NCBI RefSeq assembly: GCF_009834535.1 | Contig: NC_045697.1 | Coordinates: 73,782,001-73,846,000 of the forward strand | Source: Camelus ferus | Taxonomy: Eukaryota | Reading direction: 5' to 3' | Length of the DNA stretch: 64,000 bases | The notes under the pieces: model-generated | Seen by the model: only the letters and a program-made list of their open reading frames with translations | Databases searched by the model: none | Told to the model about the DNA's origin: nothing | Program-made: the position numbers and the translations under genes | Shown here: positions 36,977 to 49,350 of the stretch, piece by piece | Layout of the letters: the number at the start of each line of letters is the position of its first letter | How positions within the stretch are numbered: the stretch's first letter is position 1

Positions 36977-38140
36977 TGTTACCCAAAAAACTGGGTTTGC
37001 CTCTTGGTGGGTATCAAAAGACACAAATCAAGCCAAAGATGCAGAGAAGGAAGGATTTATTACCTGCAGCAAGGAGAACACTGGGGATTTTCCAAGGCAG
37101 TATCTCCCCAAACAACAAAATTGGGGAAGTTTTAAGCTAAGGGTATATGTATTTTCATGAAGGGGCTTGGGCAGTGGATAGAGTCCAAGTGACACAGGAA
37201 GAAAGGGGGCAGGACACGGCCATTAAAGGAAGGACACAGCAATTAACACCAAAATGATGAAAAAATCAACTCCCATTAGACCCTGGGGGACCAAGATGGC
37301 GGGAGAATCTACCTCCAGTGAACCTTGAGCTTCATTATACACATTGTCAGGTAGTAGCATGGTGAATGGCATACCCACAAGTGCCAGGGCAGTTCCAAGG
37401 CTACCCATCAAAGACCAAAGAGAAGGCAGTGGCCCAATCCTGGGAATCCTCCCCTCTCCTCAGAGCGGTTGGGATAACCCTCTCACTTGTTAGCATATAA
37501 AAACTAGCAACACCGCACCTCTCAGTCAGTCTCTCCTGCCTTCCAGGACAGCCCACACTCTGCCTGTTACTTTTACTTTAAACTAAGCACCCAACCCTGC
37601 ACCTCTTAGCCTTTTTCTTGCCTTCTGAGATGGCCTGCACTCTGTCTATGGAGTGCACATCTCTCTAAATAAATCTACTTTTACTCAATTGTGGCTCGCT
37701 CTTGAATTCTTTCCTGCATGAAGCCAAGGACTCTCACTTGTTGGGACACGCCCCAGGGACTCCACTGAGACCTGGGACACTGCCATCCTCTCACACTCCC
37801 CATTTTTTCCCCCTGCATCACAAGCTTTAGCTGACTGACATCAGAGGGTCAGAGTCCCTTAGGTTCAGGTTGATCTGGTGGTTGAGTGCTTCAGGCTGAT
37901 CTTTACCACTGAAACAGAACTGAGAGTCTTTACAGCTGATACATTATCTTTGCTATTGTTACTTCTCTTGCCTGATAATACTCTGTTTCCTGCATTTTTT
38001 TGTTGCATTATGATCATTAATTACTGAGAAGTGTTCAAGGGCAAGCACTGTGGCCAGGCTTAGATCACAAAATGGCTTCTTCTCTTCTCAAGAAAGCCAT
38101 GCCTGGTTCTCTTTAGGAACAGCCACTCTATCTACTTACA
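36977..38140 (-). mobile_element. Solo ERV LTR of the same family as 35861-36529, inverted, split by a nested LTR
   Basis: Reverse complement starts TGTAAGTAGATAG...TTTTGTGATCTAAGCCTGG...GCTTGCCCTTGAAC, as in the copy at 35861; TSD TTTC/GTTC. Confidence 0.8.
37190..37820 (+). mobile_element. Nested solo LTR of a different family
   Basis: TG...CA termini; perfect TSD CAAG at 37186 and 37821; TATAAAA near 37496; AATAAA 37668-37673. Confidence 0.85.
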
Positions 38141-39140
38141 GTTCCCCAAGGATAAAACATAGTGCCATTACCTGACAAAAGGGACGCTGGGGACCCTGAG
38201 GAGGTGAAATCAATTTTTAATGACAAAAGCAAACTCAATACTTAACAAGACCTACCAGGCTGTGTAAGTCCTGGTCCTGGCCTATCTTACCAGCCTCACC
38301 GATTGTAGCCTCCTACTTAATCTTTGCACTGCAGCCACACTGGCCTTATGCCACATCCCTCTGTGCTTTTGGCCCTTCCCAAGTGCAATTCCTTCTGCCT
38401 GAAACAAGACTCCTCTCCTCATGCCTCATTTTATTGGTTCATTTCTACTTTTCAAAAGTGAGCTCAATTATCACTTCCGCAAGGGAAGATTAAGTTGACT
38501 TCTAAACTGAATTTTATCCTTCCTTTTATCTTCCCCCGCAGCCTCCAAACTTTCCCTTTGTAGTGCCTGTCATAATTGCAATTAAGTATTTAGTTGTGTA
38601 ATTACTTTTAGCTCTATGAGGCCAAAATATCTCTGTCTGAATTTTTAAAGTATTATTCAAGGAATGAATAAATAAAGCATGTGAACAAATAGGCAAGCTG
38701 AAGGAACATGTGATGCTGTGGATAATCTTTTTTTTTTTTTTTTCTTTTCCCCCATTAATCTCTATATTTCTGGATCTAGTTTTTCTCCAACTCTCTCCCT
38801 TGTGCAGCAATACCAGTTTTTCCCTAGGTTGATTGTTCACTGTTGTCTAAAAGAGGAGATATTTTAGTTGCATAAGAATACATGACTATGAGGGAAATTT
38901 GGGGCAAAAGTAATTTTCAATTAGATATTTCTGAAAGATACATTGTGTTACTTAGTGCAAAGTGTTCACACTCTGAATGAAATAGATAAACTTGGGTTCT
39001 AGTGCTAGTTGAGCCATTAAATATCTCTTTGGTTGTAGAAATGTATTTCTTCTCTCTGAGCCTTTACTTAACTGTAAACTGAAAATAAATATTTATCTTG
39101 CAGGATTCTTAAAAGTGTATAAAAATAATATGTACCCAGT

Positions 39141-39612
39141 TCATAGCAGCACTATTTACAATAGCCAAGTCATGGAAGCAACCTAAATATCCATCAAAAG
39201 ATGACTGGATAAAGAAGCTGTGGTATATTTATACAATGGAATACTACTCAGCCATAAAAAGAATAAAATCACACCATTTGCAGCAACATGGATGGACCTA
39301 GAGATCATCATTCTAAGGGAAGTAAGCCAGAAAGAGAAAGAAAAATACCATATGATATCACTTATATGTGGAATCTTTAAAAAATGATACAAATGAACTT
39401 ATTTACAAACTGGAAATAGACTCACACACATAGAAAACAAACTATGGTTACTAAAGGGGAAAGAAGTGGTGGGGAGGGATAAATTAGGAGTTTGGGACTA
39501 ACATATACACACTACTGTTTTTGAAATAGGTAAACAACAGGGACGTACTATATTGCACAGGGGCCTATATTCAATATTTTGTAATAACCTATGATGGAAA
39601 AAATCTGAAAAA

Positions 39613-39661
<49 letters not shown>

Positions 39662-39757
39662 TATGTATATGTATAACTGAATCATTTTGCTGTACACTTG
39701 AAACTAGTAAACACTGTAAATCAACTATACTTCAATAAAAATAAATACATAAATAAA
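39141..39757 (+). mobile_element. 5'-truncated LINE-1 3' end with internal (TA)n
   Basis: TCATAGCAGCACTATTTACAATAGCCAAG...ACTTCAATAAAA; flanking TACCCAGT repeats at 39133 and 39758. Confidence 0.9.
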
Positions 39758-40296
39758 TACCCAGTAGGCAGCCAGTATTTGGTATGTATTCTTATGATTA
39801 TTCTTAGATCACAGAGCAGGTCAGTACAGTAAGAAGCATGGATTTGAAACCATAGCCATCACTGCACATCACCCAGATGGAGATTCTTTTGCTGTTGTAG
39901 GATCTCTTTAGTTTTTATTTATTACCTGTAGTGTTTTACAATACACTCTTGTGTTTTGAAGGAATCTCTGACTTACAGAAATTTGTATTATATTAGACAC
40001 CACTTCGGCCTTGTCCAAACATCAGCATTTAATTCATAATGCATCTCACAGACCCCATTCCTCTTTCTCTCTAAAGCAATGATGAAATTTGTGAAGAGAG
40101 GCTACAGATCCCAGTCGGGAGGGAGAGACGGAGGGCGGGCACAGTGAAATCAACAGTTTTCGCCTGTGTCAGTAACTGCAGACTGTATCCTACCTGAAAC
40201 ATTTAAAAAATGGAAAGAAATCTTTACACTAAACAAATTGGCCCCTCACCTTTACAAGGCATATCTTCTTCCTCAGTTTGTCAGCAGAGTACTCTT

Positions 40297-40876
40297 ATTT
40301 ATTTATTATTTAAGTGTAGTTGATTTACAGTGCTGTGTTAGCTTCTGGTGTACAGCATAGTGATAGTTAGATACATATATAATATATACACATATATATT
40401 CTTTTTCATTATGGTTTATTACAGGATGTTGAAAATAGTTCCCTATGCTATATAGTAGGTCCTTGTTATTTGTTTATTATGTTTTATTTTTAAGCCCCCT
40501 GCCCCCCCCCCCTTTTTAATGGAGGTACTGGGGATTGAATCCAGGACCTTGTTCATGCTAGGCATGCACTCTACCACTGCACTATACCTTCCCCCCAGTT
40601 TTATATACAGCAGTGTGTATATGTTAATCCCAAACAACTAATTTATCCCTTCCTCTTCCCCTTTACACTTTGGCAACCATAGGTTGTTTTCTGTGTCTGT
40701 GAGTCTATTTCCAGTTTGTAAATAAGTTCATTTGTATCATTTTTTTTTAGATTCCACATATAATGATATCATATGATATGTGTCTTTGTCTGACTTACTT
40801 CCCCTAGTATGATAATCTCTAGGTCCATCCATGTTGCTGCAAATGGCATTGTTCCGTTCTTTTTTATGGCTGAGGG
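40297..40876 (-). mobile_element. 5'-truncated LINE-1 3' end containing a SINE
   Basis: L1 3'UTR homology; degenerate TSD GCAGAGTACTCTT (40284) / GTAGAATACCCTT (40877). Confidence 0.88.
40483..40595 (-). mobile_element. Vic-1-like SINE nested in L1
   Basis: Reverse complement reads GGGGAAGGTATAGTGCAGTGGTAGAGTGCATGCCTAGCATGAACAAGGTCCTGGATTCAATCCCCAGTACCTCC. Confidence 0.88.
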
Positions 40877-40899
40877 GTAGAATACCCTTTTAAATGACC

Positions 40900-42450
40900 C
40901 AGTCTTTCAGGGACCTTGTTCAATAAGTTTTCTCTTCCTTTCTGTATCTTTGACCACCCACCTCAATTTGCTCTCCCCTTCAGTAAACATGCTCAAGTCT
41001 TTCTCATCTTAAAACATCCTTTCTTCAATCCCACACCCCTCTGTAGCTACTTCGCTATCTCCTTTCCCCTCTCAGTAGCCAACCTTCTTTAAACAGCCAT
41101 CAGCTCGCCCTATCTCCACATCCTCACTTCCTGTTTATCCTCCAGCCTCAGGCAATCTGGCTTCTGTCCTCATGACTCTTCTCCTGAAGCTCACTTTGCC
41201 AAGGATTGCAATGAATGCACCACTGTTTATACCCAAGGGACTTCTCATTACTTGTCTCAGGTGACAACTCATTAGCATGTGGTGCTGCTAACCAGGTCAG
41301 ACCTCCTTCATGAAGCGTCTCCTTAAGTTGGTCCCCACAATGGCACACACCTCTGGTTTCCTCCTTTTTCTTCCAAACCTCACAGGGGGGGTTCCTTCAT
41401 TTCTTTCCTAGAACTCCACTTTTCTCACCAGAACAGAAGGTTATCTTTCCCAACTGCCATCTTTGTGCAGATGATTCATAAATTTATAGCTCTGGTCTGA
41501 GTCTTTTCTCTCGGGTTCAGGCTCAGCTGTCCAATTGCTTGCTCCTCATGTCCACATGGATGTCCTATGGGTGCCTCAAACTTGATTTTTTCATCACTGA
41601 TTTCCTTTTTTCTCCCACAACTCTAAAACTCCTACTTCCAGGATCTCTTCTCTTCCTGTTATTTTTATCTCCAGTGAATGTCACCACCAACCATCATTGG
41701 CAGGTCAGAAACCTGGGTGACATTCTTGAGCCCTGCCTCTGTCTCACCTCTGTTTCCAAGTAGTTACCTTGCTCCATTTCTTCTACCTCTGTGATCCCCA
41801 TGGGCCTATCCATTTCTCTCCTTCCTATTGCCGAGTCTCTAACTCAGACCACTCTCATTTTCCCTAAGTCACTTCCCCTGAGTCCCCACTGGTGCCCCTG
41901 CTTTCTCTCAACCCACTCTCCCCACTGCAGCTGGAGAGGTATTTCCAAAGTCCATATCTGATCATTTTCTCCTCTCTTAAAACCCATGATTGATTACCTG
42001 TTGCACTGAGGCCACAATCCACACCCCTTACCATGATTGTCACTAACCCTCATGATCTGGTCTGTGCAACACAGCTGCAGCCTGAGCACTGACCCTCTTC
42101 CTCTTCACTTTCTCCCCAAGTCATCTGGAATGTGTTTTATTTCCTCAAATGTGTCATGCTCTCTCTTATGTACTCTTTTATCTCCACCAAGCAATCTTCT
42201 CTGACTTTCTACTTGGCCTGAATAATTCTGATTCAGCCTTAAGATCTCAGCTTAAATGTTACTTTCATAGGACGTTTGCTCTGAGCTTGCAGGTATGAGG
42301 TACACACACTTCCCACTGCACCCTAGCACACAGCACATGTTTTATAACTGCTCATTTACTTATCTGTTTTCCCACTTGACTATACGCTCTTTGAGGGCAG
42401 AGGGACACATCTTGTTTACTATCATATCACTGAATGAGAGGACAAGTGAG
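40900..42450 (-). mobile_element. LINE-2 relic
   Basis: CT-rich tract with L2 hallmarks: GCAATCTGGCTTCTG, GTCCACATGGATGTC, GTCAGAAACCTGGG, CTCAGCTTAAATGTTACTT, CTCTTTGAGGGCAGAGG. Confidence 0.75.
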
Positions 42451-43989
42451 AGGTATATTGAAGTGACAAGAATGCAGTGAGCCATCACCACATAAGTTTA
42501 GTTTCAAACATAGAATAAGGCTGAGAAAGCAGAGCATGGGAAATGCTACCACTGATGTGAAACAAAAATGACCAGATACGTCATTATTATTACACCTTTC
42601 AAGGGATGTTTTGTGATGGTATTTCCACCCATTTCTGATCCTTCTGTCATTTGAAGATTTCCTGAGCAGACCTATAATGGCACCATTTGACTGTTCAGCT
42701 ATGGTCATTTGCTGATTAAGCTGCCTCTCAAGAAGGGGAAATTGAAACACCAATGACAAATTGGTATCTCAAGCACCACTGTAAACTATGACAAATTAGA
42801 AACTGCAGTGAACCATTTCCAATGGAAAATGAGACTACCAATCCTTCATTTCTAAAGTTAAAAAAAAAAAAAAACATTTCTGAGAAGGTGTCTTGTCTAG
42901 GTTAGTTTTCAATCATCTCAAATAGTGTGGAGCTTCTCTCCAACCCCTGAATTCATAGCACAACCCTTTCATGAGCAAAGCAACTCAAAAGGTCACAACT
43001 CAAAAGTGGGACCTAGAATTAGTTCTAAGGCCAAAAAAGTTATGCTTTTAAATATTATGCATTATTCCCCAAATCCACACCCATCATATAGGCTGTCATG
43101 CATGAAGTTTCTAAAAGATCAGAAGTAAAAATGTGTGCTACAAGTATAATTATTGTCACCAAGAATTAGGCAATTCTAATATCAATTTATTCTACATTAG
43201 CATATTTTCCCTAAAGATATAGGATATGTGATGAAGTGCCATTGATTGGTAAGCAGCCCTGTTGGAGAGCACTGTCATTTACTAGAATTGTATGAAACTT
43301 GTCTTTTCATGAAATAGTTTAGAGCAAAACATTTTACTCATTCCACATTGTGTGCATGAAGTTTCATTCTGAGTTTTAGTTTCATTAGAAAAATCTGTGA
43401 GTTTGAAACTTTGACTTGAACCATATCCACCAAACCCCAATATCTCTAGCCCTATTCAATGAAGGGAGAATTGTTTCGATTACTTTCAGATATTTTCAAA
43501 CAACTTTGCTTTTTATGAAAACATAAGTCTATGTCTTCTTGTATAATGATTTTGCTTCATTAAACACACACACAGACACACACACCCCCCCCCAAACATC
43601 TTTCTCTGTGGCTTGGGAAGGCAGAGAGCAAGGAAGAACTCCAATGTTTTGTCTTTCATACCTTTTTAACTTATTATTCTTTCCCTTAGAAACGTTTTTA
43701 GGGACTAGATTAACTTTCACCTAACATTTGGAATGAATAGAATTCCTACCACAGTGGATGGCCCACATTAAATAAATAAACAAATGAAAACACTAGACAC
43801 ACGTTTCCTAAATGTTTCTGTTACTGTAGCATTTTCCCCGCCTGTGTGAGCACAGGCAAGCAAGACAAATGTATCACCCAAGATACAATGTCACAAGTTG
43901 ATCAGAACTTCTTTTTTGCCCCCAGGAAGGAATTAAAGATGGTTTATTTGTTTCCCTTTGGTTTGTGGAAAGAATACTGAAGAAGACTT

Positions 43990-44210
43990 AAATCAGAATG
44001 TATCACATGCTGTGTGACCCTGGGCAGGTTACTTAATCTCTCTGACGTGTCCCTTCATTTGTTTAACACATGCTTGCTAGTGTTAAGAAATAAGATAAAA
44101 TGAAATAGAATTCATAACTGTCTTACCTCTTTTAAAGATTATTGTAAATACTAAATGAGATAATGCATATATTAAAGGTGTTTAGTAGCTGCATCTAGAC
44201 TACTAGTAAA
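43990..44210 (+). mobile_element. MIR relic
   Basis: GCTGTGTGACCCTGGGCAGGTTACTTAATCTCTCTG...AAATGAGATAATGCATAT. Confidence 0.7.
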
Positions 44211-44715
44211 CCATGTCATTTACTCATAACACAGAGAGTTTAACCCTTCCAGTAAGTATGTTTTGTTAGTTTCGCTTTCTAAATGTTTTGAATTTCTATT
44301 TTGTGAGTTCATACTACCTTTACCTTTAACAGTGGCCCTCACCCATCAAAATTATGACTTTACCCTTTCTTGGGTTGTAAATTTAGAGAGAGACTCTATT
44401 GGTTCTCGTTCTCTAGTAGACAGTGGCTACTGATGTTTTCTAATTTAAGGAGAATGAGTAAAATTTCCTTTATTAACATATACCAGCATTACCACTATGA
44501 TCACACCTATGTGACATCCCCCTCCCCCATGCTAAACAGACCATTCTCCAATTGTTCTCACTTCCTTCTCTCTCTCTAAACAGTCTAATCTCTCTCTACC
44601 AGTCTAACTAGGGCCAGTGATCATAAGATTTCAGAGAAATAAATGTTAGGGACACCCCCCCCCCCAAAGAAATGCTTCTTTAGCATTTGTTTGTGATATT
44701 CCGATTTAATATATG

Positions 44716-44717
<2 letters not shown>

Positions 44718-44760
<43 letters not shown>
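44718..44760. repeat. (TG)n microsatellite
   Basis: Pure TG run. Confidence 0.98.
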
Positions 44761-44762
<2 letters not shown>

Positions 44763-45818
44763 CTTTTCACCTTCTACTCGAACCTCTCTTTCAGGAACCC
44801 TTATTTTGTGGTCATTACTTAAATATAATTTATTCTCTTGGGGATTAAAGTCATTGTGAAATGCAGAACAATTGCTTGGCAATCAACCCATGTTCAACTT
44901 AGAGGTGTGCCTAGTTATGACAGATCAAGGAGCTTTTGTGCCAACTAGTAATAGTATTGTACTATTATAATATATAATAGTATATAGTATATAATACTAT
45001 ATATATGTTATAAACTAAGAAAGCAAATTAAACAGAAGTTGGTAGTGCAGATCTTTGCAGGAAACTACTAGACCTTCCCACTGGTTCTGAGTTGGCATTG
45101 ACTCAGATCTCATTAGATTTTCTTACACATCTCTAGAAAGTATGAAAACACACTTTAGAATATTTGAAGAAAACTGGATGTCAAATAGTGACCACACCCC
45201 TTCTTTTTTACATTTTTCTTTCTTTTCCATACAGACTATCATAAGAAGAAGAATTTAACTCATAGAGAACTATTGCATGATGATTGTTTTGGAAAAAGAA
45301 AGAAATCAGAATCAATTTGTCTAACTGCCTGGATTTTAAAATGGTTTACAATTTTTTAGAAAAACGTGACAAAACTCAACCAATAGAATTTTCCTATTAG
45401 AGCAAAAAAATCCTCAATTATTCTTTACAAATCAAACTCAGGCAAGGGCCAACACACCCCTTTCTCCCCACTGCAGCAGGCTCTCAGTCCTATTTCCCCT
45501 ACTCTTTCCTTTCCCTACTGATAATCTGGATCATTCTTTGGCTGCTAATTATTTACCTCTTTCTCAAAGGAGTTTTTTTTTTTTTTAACCTGTCACAAGA
45601 GAAATTAGAACTATTTAATCAACCTGAAATACAAAAAGGGAGTCACAGGCAGCTTTGCTGGATCTCTGCAAAGGTGTGAGGGCTTCATCAGAGAAATACA
45701 TGCTGTTTGCTCTTTGTCACAGGACACTCTATGAACGACAATATTGTGTGCCTATTAGCTATTAATATTAGGTGTAAACATCCATTGTTTTCATTGTGTT
45801 TTTACACAGTAAGCTATA

Positions 45819-46015
45819 CCAGTGATTTTTAAGTAGCGTTGTACATCTGATTGTGAGTCTTTTGAAAAATACCGTTACTCCAGCCTCATCCCAGACCTCA
45901 TTAATCAGAAGCTCCAAGATGCTTCTATGGGTAGAGAGGAGTGGAACCTCATTATGCATATTTTTCAAAAGCTCCATAGGTGATTCTGATTCATTTTCTC
46001 AATGGAAAGATTTGG
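45819..46015. mobile_element. MER5-like hAT DNA transposon relic
   Basis: CCCAGACCTCATTAATCAGAAGCTCC...GCATATTTTTCAAAAGCTCCATAGGTGATTCTGAT. Confidence 0.6.
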
Positions 46016-46074
46016 TGCTATCCCATTCTGAGTATTTTATCCCCAAAGATCCATGTCCTATGAATAATTTCAGT

Positions 46075-46290
46075 AGGTGGCGCTCTTTCCACCTGCCAGC
46101 TTCCCTGTTTGGCGGGAATGAACGAACCCTAAATCATCCAAGGAAGTCAGGAGCAGGTCAAGGGTGCAACTTCCTTTCACCACACCAATGGAAAACAGCA
46201 GCACTTATCTTTGCGAACAGTTTGTTAGTGGGGTAAGACATAAGTTAAAGGGGTGGGGAGGTGAGCAGGGGAGTGGTACCACATTTGTTT
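46075..46290. promoter_or_regulatory. Candidate haematopoietic-type enhancer ~4-5 kb upstream of TET2
   Basis: E-box CACCTG 46090, TTTGGCGGGA 46108, AGGAAGT 46141, ACTTCCT 46169, ACCACA 46179 and 46278, CTTATCT 46204, GGGGTGGGG 46250. Confidence 0.45.
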
Positions 46291-49189
46291 ATTAGACAAA
46301 TATAATCATTGTTCCAAAGAGTTCAAGCATGCCAACTTCTAGCATACAATTGGAAACTAAAGAAACAGGGTAGAAAGCAATGATAAGGAAAACCAAGTAG
46401 AGATTTAGACAGAAGAGATCTTGTTTCTGCTTTTGTTTTATGAGGAAGAGGTGGGGATCACTGATGTTATGGTAAAAAAAAAAAAAAAGCAAAAGCCCCA
46501 AACCAAAAATATACCCTCCTCCTCCACACACACACAGGTAATTGTTTGAGAAACTTCTCATGGTATTAAACATAGATATCTGTATCTGCTACACTGGGGG
46601 GACAGCACAGTGTAGCTGCAGGGACATGAACTTTAGAATCATATAAACCTAGATTTAGATTCAGACTTTGGTTCCAGCTCTTTAATCCCAACCAAGTTAC
46701 TCAACTCAATTCTCAATAAGCTATTGCCTACCTTATTTGGTTATGCCAAGAATTAAATTAAAAGATAATAAATGTAAAAGACTTATTGCAATGCTTGGTA
46801 CCTAGCCAGTATTTAGCAAGTAAGTAAATGTAGTACTAAAAATCTGTCAATGTAGATGTTTTGTTCTGTTTTGTTTTTTTTAAGTAACAAAGAACAATGG
46901 AAAATTATTGAGTTTTGAAGGGAAGATTTTTATACTAGTAGTGCTAATAACGGTGAGAAGAATTTAGAGGAAGATGAGCAGGAAAGGATATGTGGATAGT
47001 TTTGCTATAATGAAAGGCCTGATCTTGGATTCACAAAACTCTATTTGCAGGCTGTATGACTTTGAGAAAGTCACTTCACCTCATTTCATATTTTTCTAAG
47101 ATGGGAATTAAATTAAATGCTATTTTGAATATGGCATATGATTTTGAATATTAAATTATTAGTGTACACCTTGCCATAAAACTTACAGTGTACTAAAATG
47201 CTTTAAAAACTATAAAATTTATACAAATGTAGAGTGGTGCGGAAGTAATTACTAATAAACTTCATTACTGAAATTTATCATCGAAGCTGAAAAATTATTT
47301 TCTCAAAAGAAAGTGGGATATTAAATGTTACCAAATTTGGATGAGAATAAGAAGAGTAGCTACTGGATTGTGAATTCAGAATGTATGAGAAGAAAGTAGA
47401 TTGATATTAGCAACAAATCTGCAGTGCTTCTGGAGGCATTTCCATGACGTTTGTCCTACTAATGATGCTAATTTTCTTTTTATAACGCCTTTGGCAGTAT
47501 TTTAACAGGATTAGACTTTTGAGTTTTATCTGACATTTCATTTGAACCCCCATTAAATCAGTACACACATTGGATGGCTTCTGATTTGAGTGAGTTAGGA
47601 TTATATCATTTGTATCTATGTTTCTAAAAGTTCAAATTACAGAAAGAGAAATTAACCATCTGAAACAAGGCCAGAAAGAAAGTAAGTAGAAATCATATTA
47701 ATAAAAGAGAAACTATCAAGACTTATAATATTATGATCTTTGGCTTTAGACAATAATTGTTTGTATTAATAATAATAATTTACATCAGTAATTTAAAGTG
47801 TTATGTCTAAATGTCTCATCTCTTGGATTTTTTAAATTGGCATTCTACTTATATTAAATCTGTACCTTTGTATGGTGTGTAGTGATGTCACTAGACAAAA
47901 GAAACAAGAAAGCCCCTTCACAGCAATGACTGCTGTGCTGTTTGAAGGTCAACTGTCTTTTAAGCATGGAGAGAATCTTTATCATGTCATACTTCAGAAA
48001 TATGTTTTTGGAGATGGGAAACAACAGGCCATGATTAAATGTTTTTGTTAAACCACTGTAATTCTTTCAAAGGAATATGTGTCACAACTATTTCTCTCTG
48101 TTAAAGAGAAAAATCAAGTCCTTAAAGAAAATTTCCTATTCTGCAGGTGGGGAGGAAATTAAGAATCGTCCTTTTTTTTTTTTTCTTTCTTTTTCTTTTT
48201 TTGTTAGTACAAGAAATTTGCATTGTAAAGCAAGCTGCTGTTGTCAGCTCTTTAAAGGACAGAGCAGACAGGAAGCTGCCTCCACCCTAAGAGGCTTAGA
48301 GACTGAGCAACTGAGTTAGACAGCAGGTGCCCCGGCCAATCAAGTCAATTTTCTAATACAGAATAGCATGTCGTGGAACTTGTTGTATCAGTCTGTCTTC
48401 TCTGGTAAGGAGGCAAGGATTTCACTTTTTGGAAGCAGTGCTGGTCTTTCTAGTTGAAGGGGGGAAAATGGTAAGGAATTTAATAACAATTGACTGTTGT
48501 TAAAACAGCAAATTATCTTTTAAAAATAGATTATCCACACCTATAGGAGGAGGAATCTCAAGAATGCACACATTTAATAAAAGCTGGCTCTGGATTACCC
48601 ATACAACTGTGCACTATAGTCCAGTAAACAACAGATTATGTGCACCCCCCCCCCTTTTTTTTTATCCCAGGAATAGCAACTGAGAGTTTGGGGGTTTTTT
48701 TTAACCAACAACACAAAATTTCACTAAAATATTTTACACTTGGAGATCTTTACAGTTTTACTTCCTTTTGCTGTTGAGAAGTTACAATAGCCAGGAGGAG
48801 TAATGCATTTTCTTTTAAATTAACAAATGTCATAGTGGTTAAGGGTGGGGTGGGGGTACAGAGAAAGAAGCTGGCAAGAAAAGGTTCAGGGCCTGTTGCA
48901 AAACCAACTGCAAGCCAAGTTGATTCCAGATAGATGAGAATCACCTGTTGCAACAGAGCGAGGTTTAAAGATGAGGTGACCTTTAAGAGCATTTTCCCAA
49001 TTATCATATAAATAATAAGGAACATGTAGGTTTTTATATCAAACTCATGTGACTACAGTATTTGCCACATGTTATTCAATGTAAGAAGACATATAATTAT
49101 TTATATCTTTCTATTCAATCAAGGAAAACTCCTGAAAGTGCATGGCTTATGATTGGTAATAGTAATTACCTGGGCACATACTTAGTGTC

Positions 49190-49350
49190 TTACTTAATCC
49201 TCACAACCACACTGTTTTAGAGGGTAACAGCTGAGGAAACCGACATACAAAGAGTTAAGTCCCATGCTCAAGGTCACACATTTAATAAGGGGTGGAGTCA
49301 AGATTCATCTAGGTCTGTCGGACTCCAAAGCCCATGCTTTCCACGATTCT
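49190..49350 (-). mobile_element. MIR relic
   Basis: TTAATCCTCACAACCAC...TGAGGAAACCGA...GCTCAAGGTCACACA...AGGTCTGTCGGACTCCAAAGCCCATGCT. Confidence 0.7.

Noticed and set aside
35861..38140. Possible two-LTR provirus
   Set aside because: The LTRs are inverted, each has its own TSD, and the spacer shows no PBS or coding remnant
44945..45012. AT-rich quasi-palindrome
   Set aside because: Low-complexity TA/TAG sequence; self-complementarity is expected from composition
48320..48340. CTCF-like CAGCAGGTGCCC (and GTCAGGGGCGCC at ~52317)
   Set aside because: Only partial matches to the CTCF core; not supportable without a matrix score or ChIP data
48400..48480. Donor-like CTG|GTAAGG and ATG|GTAAGG upstream of the promoter
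   Set aside because: No associated acceptor or promoter evidence; such matches are common by chance
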